64,000 nucleotides of DNA, from assembly GCA_016188425.1 (NCBI GenBank), contig JACPHX010000009.1:3582-67581 (forward strand). The letters run 5' to 3'. Origin of the DNA: Candidatus Uhrbacteria bacterium (GTDB lineage: Bacteria > Patescibacteriota > Patescibacteriia > UBA9934 > GWF2-40-263). Below the pieces are notes generated by a model. It did no database searches and was not told the DNA's origin. It saw only the letters and a program-made list of their open reading frames with translations. Shown piece by piece: positions 57,985 to 64,000 of the stretch; the first letter of the stretch is position 1; each line of letters begins with the position of its first letter. Made by a program: the position numbers and the translations under genes.

Positions 57985-59328
57985 TCAGGAAGGCATTTTA
58001 CGGAAGTTGCGAATGGCCGAGTACCCCACGAAGGACACCAGAAGAGAGATGAGGGTCAGGATGATGAAGGTTGAAAGAAGCTGCTGGCGGGTCTGTTCGA
58101 ACAAGACGGTGGTTGGAGACCCGACGGAAACCATGCCGATGATTTTGCCATTGATATCGCGCAACGGCACGAACGCGCTGTAATAAAGCGTTCCGAGCCG
58201 ATCAAGACTCGTGCTTAAAACCTCTCCTTTTGCCAAGGTGGTTTCCAAGACGCGCAAATCCGTTTCCTGGCTTCCGACCCAACGAGAGACGCCGTCGGTC
58301 GTGGTAATGGTCGTTGCCGATCGTCGATCGTCGGTGTAAATGGTGGTTTCAAGCCCGGTTGCCTTTTTGGAGAAGTCCACGAAGGCCGTGTCGAACTTGT
58401 ATCCGACTTCAACCGCCCCCACCGCATTCGTCCCCGAGAGAATCGGGGCAAACGCGTGCGTGACCACCAAGGGCGAAAGCACGCCCGCTTCCTTGTCGAA
58501 CGACTTGATGTGTTTCTTTTCCTTCAAAACGTAGGTCACAAGCGGATCGACGTTTGCCACGCGCCCGCGATCGCGGATATCGGAGGGAGAGACGATGATT
58601 TCGCCGTAGGAATTGTAGATTTTGAGGATATCCACGCCAGAACTTAAAAAGAAATCGCTCATGAGCTGATCCAGCACCTTCACCTGGCCTCCTTTGAAGG
58701 CCTCGAGGAAACGGCTGTCATTGGCAATCGTACGCGCCAGGATGAGAGAGGTGTTCTCGCGATCGAGCATCACCACTTGCTGGGTCTCGGACCCTTGCTC
58801 CATCAGCCGCAAGTTATTGCTTTCGACAATGCGGAAGACCAGCATGGAAAAAATGAACGAACCGAGCGTGGAGACAACGATGGCGATAGTGAGGAAGACG
58901 ACATAGGTACGCAGGAAGGGACGAAGTTTGATGAAGTTCCATGCCCAGATCGCCAGGAAGAGAAACCCGATGAAACTAAATAAGACCCCCCACTGCCAGG
59001 CCGGGCTGAATCCAAGCGACTGTTCGCGCAAGGGAACGAGGGAGAGAGCGGGAAGGCGGGAAACGATCAAACTGATGCTGTAGCCCAGCAAAGAGAGATA
59101 TCCGAGCATCGGCCAAAGGTTTTGGCGCTTGGAAGCCGGATTGTCGCGCTGGCTGCGATAGCGTCGGATCTGGATGCGGATCGTGGCAAGGATGAAGAGG
59201 GTCGACATGCCCGCGAGGATGGAAGGGACGAACCCCTTGGCACTGGGCCAGGCAATGACGAGGACCGCGGCGAGGAGGGCGTAGATGGTGATCTCCAGCC
59301 CGGAAAAAGAGCGTGATTCTTTTTGCAT
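57985..59328 (-). CDS. Membrane protein with an extracytoplasmic double-Cache-like sensor domain and no recognisable output domain
   Basis: About 5 N-terminal TM helices. A 250-aa extracellular region has Cache-like modules (…LSPLVVTHAFAPILSGTNAVGAVEVGY…; …LYYSAFVPLRDINGKIIGMVSVGSP…). A final TM helix follows, then the stop. Confidence 0.6.
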   Translation of the reverse strand: MQKESRSFSGLEITIYALLAAVLVIAWPSAKGFVPSILAGMSTLFILATIRIQIRRYRSQRDNPASKRQNLWPMLGYLSLLGYSISLIVSRLPALSLVPLREQSLGFSPAWQWGVLFSFIGFLFLAIWAWNFIKLRPFLRTYVVFLTIAIVVSTLGSFIFSMLVFRIVESNNLRLMEQGSETQQVVMLDRENTSLILARTIANDSRFLEAFKGGQVKVLDQLMSDFFLSSGVDILKIYNSYGEIIVSPSDIRDRGRVANVDPLVTYVLKEKKHIKSFDKEAGVLSPLVVTHAFAPILSGTNAVGAVEVGYKFDTAFVDFSKKATGLETTIYTDDRRSATTITTTDGVSRWVGSQETDLRVLETTLAKGEVLSTSLDRLGTLYYSAFVPLRDINGKIIGMVSVGSPTTVLFEQTRQQLLSTFIILTLISLLVSFVGYSAIRNFRKMPS

Positions 59329-59337
59329 ACGTCCGAA

Positions 59338-59637
59338 TTATTCGTTTGTCCGTTGGAGATGAATAAGACTTGGCTCTGCGAGAACGCCCTTGTAGATGCT
59401 AAAAAACCCGAACAGCTGCACCGCCAGCGCGGGCAGGCCGAGTCCGGGGTATTTCCTCTCCAGAATAAAAAGGAAAAACGCAAACGCGAGCGAAAAGAAC
59501 CCTATGATACGCCACACCGTCTTTAACTGCTTCTCATACTTATAGGTGGTGAGAAACAGCGACGCGGACGATACACAGACAAGGACGGCGAACACGGCCA
59601 TGACATAGTGCGTGAACTCGAGCCAAAAAATATACAT
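59338..59637 (-). CDS. Small (99 aa) three-TM membrane protein, hypothetical
   Basis: Hydrophobic ORF tightly packed between two surface-module genes. Confidence 0.4.
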   Translation of the reverse strand: MYIFWLEFTHYVMAVFAVLVCVSSASLFLTTYKYEKQLKTVWRIIGFFSLAFAFFLFILERKYPGLGLPALAVQLFGFFSIYKGVLAEPSLIHLQRTNE

Positions 59638-59698
59638 AGATTACATTCAGTATACCACTTTACGGCACGTGAGCATGTGGATAATGGTGACGAAGGGG

Positions 59699-61585
59699 TT
59701 ATTTTTCCGCGCGGAGCTTTACGTTTTTCGCAAACGTCTGCGCTTCTTTCGCCGCTTTGAGGTCCGCCTCCAGCCGCTCTTCCTTGTAGCCGTCCTTCTG
59801 ATAGGAGATCGAGTAGCAATTGGGGCCCAGGAGGAAGAAGTAGCGCCCCAGGGAGTCGGTGAGCGTGGTCTCCAGCACTTTGTTGTACTCCGTCTCAAAT
59901 ATGCGCACGACGGCGCGATCGATCGTTTGTCCGGAAGCCGCATCGCTCACGCGCCCCCAGTTCTTGGGCTTCTTCAGATGCGCCAAACGCCGCGCGAGCA
60001 TGAGGGCGACGAGCTGAAGCGCCAAGAGGCCGAAGGAGACGGCATCCGGACGCAATATGGCCACGCCGATCGCAAGCACGATACCGATGTAGGTAAGCAA
60101 AAACTCGAATTTCCTTAGGAGACGGCGGAACAGAATGGATGTAGGCTTGTGATAATTTTCATCCTGCGTCGGGTCCACGGGAATATTGGCGGCAATGGTC
60201 GTCCCCTTTGCCGGCACGCTCACGGCGCCACCGACGTAGATCGAGGAGAATTCGCCGTCCGCCTTTTTTCCTTTGAGGATGTTTGAGGGGAATGTGAATG
60301 GCGGTTTCATCACCTGCATGGTGTAGCGCCCCGGGAGGACGAGGAAGAAATATTTTCCGTCGCGCCCCGTGACGCGCGTTTGCGCCAGGCGTCCGTCTTC
60401 TTTAAACAGGCGAACGGTGGCGAGTTCGATGGGCAGCTTGCTGATCGCGTTATAAACCATGCCGATCCCCGTTGCTTTGCGCTTGCGGAGAAAACCGAAC
60501 GGGACTCCAAGCAGATAGCGGACGTACTTGATGAGGTCGAAGTACCGAAGCAGGATGATGAGACTCAAAATCGACGCAAGGAGTATCGTCCCTTTGGATG
60601 CCGCGACGATCGTGTCCCCTACCCCGGAAGCGAGCGCGTTTTTCAAAAAGCCCACCACGGATTCTCCCGTGAGCGAATCCATGAAGTTCGCCCAGCTCTC
60701 CAGGGTGGAGGAGGCGCCGGCGGGAAGCAAGGGGGGGGGAGGCGGGATGGAGGGTGGAGGGGAGGAGGGAGGAAGTGGGAGGGAGGAGGGCAACGAAGGG
60801 GAAGAAGGAGGGGGAGCGGAGGGGGAGGGGGCGGGAGGGGGCGGAGAGGAGGGGGCGGGAACGGGAGCGGGAACGGGGATTCCTGCGGTCGCAAAAGAAC
60901 TTTCGTAGCTCGCGCTATTTCCCCACTCATCCGCCGAGGTAGCCTTGTAGTAATACGTTGTGCCTGGATCCAGCCCGGACAGGTTTACGACATGGTTGGT
61001 ATCCGTCACGGCCGCAAGCTGCCACGAGGCCGTCGCGGCCTTCACCCCCCTCCCGCCTCCCATCCCGACGCTTCCATAGGCCCGGGTCGTGCCGTAATCA
61101 ACCCGCGTCGTGGCCGGTTCATCGGTGGTCCAATGGATGGTCGCGGAGCTCTGCGTCACGCTCCCGGCCTGCACATCGAAGAGCTTCGGCGCCACGGCAT
61201 CCGCCGTTTCGAATACTTTCGTCGCGACCGCCGTTTGCTGGCACGCATCGTAAACGGTCGCTTTGAGATAGATGAGGGTATCCTCCGGAAGATTCGTCAG
61301 AGAAAAAGAAAATCTCGTCGTGGGGTTCTCCTCTGACTCCATCCCGAGTTCATACCGCGTGGAAGTGCCGACCGCGAGCGTGGCTGTGGCGGACACGTTC
61401 GTCCGGAACGAAACCTGCGCGCTGTCGAGCGTGACTCCGGATACGCTGAAGGAGGAAATCGCCGGCGGATCTGGGCACGGATTCGTCCGTGGAGTGTCAT
61501 TGTCCGGCGGCGGAGCCACGAATGATTGGGCGCGAACAAACATCGGCTGCAGAAGGAAAAGAACGGCGCATAGGTACGCAAACAT
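59699..61585 (-). CDS. Membrane/surface protein with two Fn3-like (PAP-N-terminal-like) domains, a Pro/Ser-rich linker and two CarboxypepD_reg-like domains
   Basis: Start at ATG 61585 (signal peptide MFAYLCAVLFLLQPMFVRAQS). The track start is 61651. TIHWTTDEPATTRVDYGTTRAYG Fn3-like blocks. Linker PVPAPVPAPSSPPPPAPSPSAPPPSSPSLP…. …GRDGKYFFLVLPGRYT… and …SLGRYFFLLGPNCYSI… CarboxypepD_reg-like blocks, separated by TM helices. Confidence 0.6.
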   Translation of the reverse strand: MFAYLCAVLFLLQPMFVRAQSFVAPPPDNDTPRTNPCPDPPAISSFSVSGVTLDSAQVSFRTNVSATATLAVGTSTRYELGMESEENPTTRFSFSLTNLPEDTLIYLKATVYDACQQTAVATKVFETADAVAPKLFDVQAGSVTQSSATIHWTTDEPATTRVDYGTTRAYGSVGMGGGRGVKAATASWQLAAVTDTNHVVNLSGLDPGTTYYYKATSADEWGNSASYESSFATAGIPVPAPVPAPSSPPPPAPSPSAPPPSSPSLPSSLPLPPSSPPPSIPPPPPLLPAGASSTLESWANFMDSLTGESVVGFLKNALASGVGDTIVAASKGTILLASILSLIILLRYFDLIKYVRYLLGVPFGFLRKRKATGIGMVYNAISKLPIELATVRLFKEDGRLAQTRVTGRDGKYFFLVLPGRYTMQVMKPPFTFPSNILKGKKADGEFSSIYVGGAVSVPAKGTTIAANIPVDPTQDENYHKPTSILFRRLLRKFEFLLTYIGIVLAIGVAILRPDAVSFGLLALQLVALMLARRLAHLKKPKNWGRVSDAASGQTIDRAVVRIFETEYNKVLETTLTDSLGRYFFLLGPNCYSISYQKDGYKEERLEADLKAAKEAQTFAKNVKLRAEK

Positions 61586-61725
61586 TCTGAATAAACGTGA
61601 CGCCGGCTGACTCGCCAAAACCGATGGCTCCTCCATAGATAGATGGATCATGAGATGATGAGCTGACTATTGATGACAGTTTACCAACAATACGAGTCTG
61701 CGAAAAGAAACCGATTCGCCGCCTG

Positions 61726-63255
61726 CTACTCCCGCATCACCGGGATTCGATTCAAATCCGCATTGCTGATCCCCAGCCCCAGCGATCGCATGAGCGCGAA
61801 GGCATCCGCGGGGCGGCCGAGGTAGTATCGCAAACCATCGACAGGATTCACATACCACGCTTCCCCATGTTCCTCGACTTGTAGCAATATGCGGCCACGC
61901 AATCGGTTCACAAGAACAGGATCAATCGGTGCCATCGTCTGGTTGAGAGAATTCCCTCCGCTGATAGGGATCTTCGACAGATCTCGATTCGTAATCCCCA
62001 ACCCTTGTTCGCGCATGAGCGCAAATGCGTCATCCGGTCGGCCAAGATACCGGCGTGCCTGCACGACCGGATCCAGCCACCACGCTTCCCCATGCTCTTC
62101 ATCCTGGAGCAGGATTCGACCATTCAGACGACGTATCAGCATCGGATCGCTTCCGACAAACCGCGCGCGCTCGCGCGCGTACACGTCCTCCACCCCCGTC
62201 TCTCCCCCTCCTCCACTCTCCCCTCCCTCCGCATTGATCCTCGATCTCCCTCTCGTCGAGAGATTCCACGCGGTCGGGAAATTCCGTGCAATGTAATTCA
62301 GCTGCGAGAGTTCCCGTTCATTCGCCTGCGTCCCCCGTTCAAGGACAAGAACGTATCCGACCGAAAAATCGCGCAGCGCCGCCGGGTAGGCGGGCTCCCG
62401 CGGCGCGAGCGTCGAGACAAGGTCGTCTCCCGTAAGCGCCACCATCGTCCCCTGCACCGTCTCTCGTTCTCCTCCCTCGCTGCCCGCTGCCAGCTGCCCG
62501 CTGCCAGCTCCCCCATCAACCTTGATAAAATGCATCGGCTGGATCTCGCTCTTCCCCGCAAAGCCCATCAGGTACATCTCAAACCAGTTGAACCGCTGAT
62601 AATCACTCCCCTGCTCCCCGTCGGCACTGTCATTGATGAACGTGCGGTCCCCGACATATCTCCAGGGATTCCCGCCAATGGGGCTGAGGTAAAGTTTGTC
62701 GTTCTCGCGGGTAGACGTGTCGAAAAAATCAGACCAATGCGCGCCGTCGCGCTGGAGATTGATGCCCGGATCTCTCGCCACGCCGGCGGGGTAGGCCAGC
62801 CAGTAGTGGCTTGTTTCATGGACGATGTCGCCGATCGTCGGCGGGAGAAACTCGGAGCCGGGAGGCGCGATGTCGTGGAAGACCATCACGCCAAGGAGCC
62901 GGCCCGCGCTTCCGTACTCCTCTCCCAGATCGATGGGCGTATCTCCATCGCTGCGCAGGCCGCGGATATCGGTGCGCACGGGAAGCTCGTAATCGTAGGG
63001 AGCGCCCTTCTCTGGAAAATTGGTGTAGATCGCGAGGAAGTCGTACGCATCGGCATGCGACTCGTAGAATTTCTTCGCGACGCGCATGGGGTCGACGGAG
63101 CCATCCTGGGAGCGCAACGTGCCGTCGTCGGTCAGGAGGTAGGCATGGGGAGGGAGAAGGGCGGCAGCCTGCGCGGTCCGTGTGGTAACGAGCGGAATCA
63201 CGAGCGCGAAACACAGGGACACGACACAAAAAAGAGTGCGCACGTTCATGGTCAT
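61726..63255 (-). CDS. Secreted putative HExxH zinc metallopeptidase with two C-terminal ~55-aa repeats of unknown family
   Basis: Signal peptide MTMNVRTLFCVVSLCFALVIPLVTTRTAQA. HExxH present as IVHETSHYW. Repeats: RLNGRILLQDEEHGEAWWLDPVVQARRYLGRPDDAFALMREQGLGITNRDLSKIP and RLRGRILLQVEEHGEAWYVNPVDGLRYYLGRPADAFALMRSLGLGISNADLNRIP. The antisense 529-aa ORF is R-rich junk. Confidence 0.55.
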   Translation of the reverse strand: MTMNVRTLFCVVSLCFALVIPLVTTRTAQAAALLPPHAYLLTDDGTLRSQDGSVDPMRVAKKFYESHADAYDFLAIYTNFPEKGAPYDYELPVRTDIRGLRSDGDTPIDLGEEYGSAGRLLGVMVFHDIAPPGSEFLPPTIGDIVHETSHYWLAYPAGVARDPGINLQRDGAHWSDFFDTSTRENDKLYLSPIGGNPWRYVGDRTFINDSADGEQGSDYQRFNWFEMYLMGFAGKSEIQPMHFIKVDGGAGSGQLAAGSEGGERETVQGTMVALTGDDLVSTLAPREPAYPAALRDFSVGYVLVLERGTQANERELSQLNYIARNFPTAWNLSTRGRSRINAEGGESGGGGETGVEDVYARERARFVGSDPMLIRRLNGRILLQDEEHGEAWWLDPVVQARRYLGRPDDAFALMREQGLGITNRDLSKIPISGGNSLNQTMAPIDPVLVNRLRGRILLQVEEHGEAWYVNPVDGLRYYLGRPADAFALMRSLGLGISNADLNRIPVMRE

Positions 63256-63430
63256 ATGCGTAAATTTATCATGAAGCGCCGCATCGAGCTATGTCGCGGG
63301 CCAGCGTATCGGGAGGTTTGGGTGGTATACTGTCCCCAGTATGCCAAACGCCCGCCACCACCAGCATCCTCCCAAGCGCGAGCATGTCCTGCGCGAGGCC
63401 TTCCCCTCCAGGGACCGATTGAAATACGGT

Positions 63431-63676
63431 ATGGATCGCCTCGTCTACCTCGCCGGTTTCGTGCTCCCGCTCATGACGATTCCTCAATTGACGACCCTCT
63501 ACATCCATCGCGACAGCACCTCCCTCTCCGCCGTCACCTGGGTGACGTATTTCCTCGGCTCCTGCTTCTGGTTCTTCTACGGGATCGTCCATAAGGAGCG
63601 TCCGATCATCTTTATCAACATGATGCTGGCGATCGTGCAGGGACTGATCGTGGTGGGAATTTTCTTGTTCAGGTAG
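63431..63676 (+). CDS. SemiSWEET (PQ-loop / MtN3-like) sugar transporter
   Basis: 81 aa from ATG 63431, three TM helices, and a conserved PQ motif (LPLMTIPQLTTLY). The ORF track starts at 63341. Confidence 0.55.
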   Translation: MDRLVYLAGFVLPLMTIPQLTTLYIHRDSTSLSAVTWVTYFLGSCFWFFYGIVHKERPIIFINMMLAIVQGLIVVGIFLFR

Positions 63677-63779
63677 AGAGATGGTCTCTGGCACCGCCGC
63701 GGAACCCCAACGCGAATCGCCATCAAAAATCACCAGGTGTTTCCTGGTGATTTTCCGGCTCGACCTGCGGGGATCCGTC

Positions 63780-63935
63780 CTATGCTTGCTCGTGGGTCTC
63801 CGGAGACTTCAAACAGCAATCAATCGCCTTTTTTCCAGAACCACAGGGACACATCTCATCCATACCATGGCATTGGACATACATCTTTCCCGACCCGCAC
63901 GAACAAGATGCTTTAAGTTCATCGATCGTCTTCAT
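63780..63935 (-). CDS. Small SEC-C motif (metal-binding) protein
   Basis: 51 aa, too short to appear in the ORF track: MKTIDELKASCSCGSGKMYVQCHGMDEMCPCGSGKKAIDCCLKSPETHEQA*. It carries two CxCGSGKK-type SEC-C motifs. Confidence 0.5.
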   Translation of the reverse strand: MKTIDELKASCSCGSGKMYVQCHGMDEMCPCGSGKKAIDCCLKSPETHEQA

Positions 63936-64000
63936 ATCCTTAGATGATAAGAATTATAGGCACAAGTATACCACGACCTGACCCGTTTTCTTTGCAACAC

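Noticed and set aside
60380-61336. 318-aa plus-strand ORF with long RGG/GGR runs
   Set aside because: It is the reverse-frame reading of the homopurine tract and the surrounding region of the Fn3 membrane-protein gene. It is not an RGG-box protein. The real RGG-box gene is 23915-24427.
62005-63594. 529-aa plus-strand ORF
   Set aside because: Antisense to the secreted HExxH protein. Arg-rich, with no signal peptide and no motifs. It also runs through the SemiSWEET gene in a different frame.

Overview
This 64 kb window is GC-rich (roughly 58-60% by eye), densely coding and strongly biased to the minus strand. I saw no rRNA, tRNA, CRISPR array, transposase or integrase. Main contents, in order:
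- 1-1.7 kb: a peroxiredoxin C-terminal fragment and leucyl aminopeptidase (pepA).
- 2.1-9.3 kb: a six-gene Complex-I/energy-converting-hydrogenase-like cluster whose NuoB-like and NuoD-like subunits have lost the cysteines that bind the [4Fe-4S] cluster and the [NiFe] site (Ehr-type, apparently cofactor-less).
- 9.7-16.4 kb: directly upstream on the same strand, a complete F1Fo ATP synthase operon (atpZ-B-E-F-H-A-G-D-C). It has a truncated delta subunit and a 44-nt palindrome between atpB and atpE.
- 16.5-20.7 kb: housekeeping and envelope genes (CDP-alcohol phosphatidyltransferase, a methyltransferase, DedA, an ABC-F ATPase).
- 20.8-35.3 kb: two very large surface proteins. One is 961 aa with an LPRTG sortase-type anchor. 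The other is 2475 aa and combines Cys-rich repeats, BNR repeats, and about 13 tandem thrombospondin type-3 repeats encoded by 81-nt DNA repeats. Flanking genes are lgt, an RsmB-like methyltransferase and an Arg/Gly-rich zinc-ribbon protein.
- 35.3-41.0 kb: recQ, then a lipid-tailoring trio (PmtA-like methyltransferase, cfa, YtxH-like).
- 41.1-49.1 kb: a copper island: csoR, a small secreted Cys protein, an unusual HMA/CcdA-like/cupredoxin-like fusion, copZ and copA, with a convergent His-rich CopB-type ATPase translationally coupled to gpmA.
- 49.2-53.1 kb: metabolic genes (PRTase, prs, PAP2, SLT-like, msrA).
- 53.2-63.3 kb: a five-gene minus-strand surface module: a putative HExxH metalloprotease with novel repeats, an Fn3/CarboxypepD_reg membrane protein, a small membrane protein, an output-less double-Cache sensor, and a 1580-aa cadherin-like repeat protein with a new Cys/His module.
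- 63.4-63.9 kb: a SemiSWEET and a SEC-C peptide.
The two most interesting candidate systems are the cofactor-less Ehr module sitting behind the ATP synthase, and the copper island with its novel fusion transporter. The gene content (sortase substrate, giant anchored adhesins, RGG zinc ribbon) hints at a monoderm or CPR-like organism, but that is inference only.
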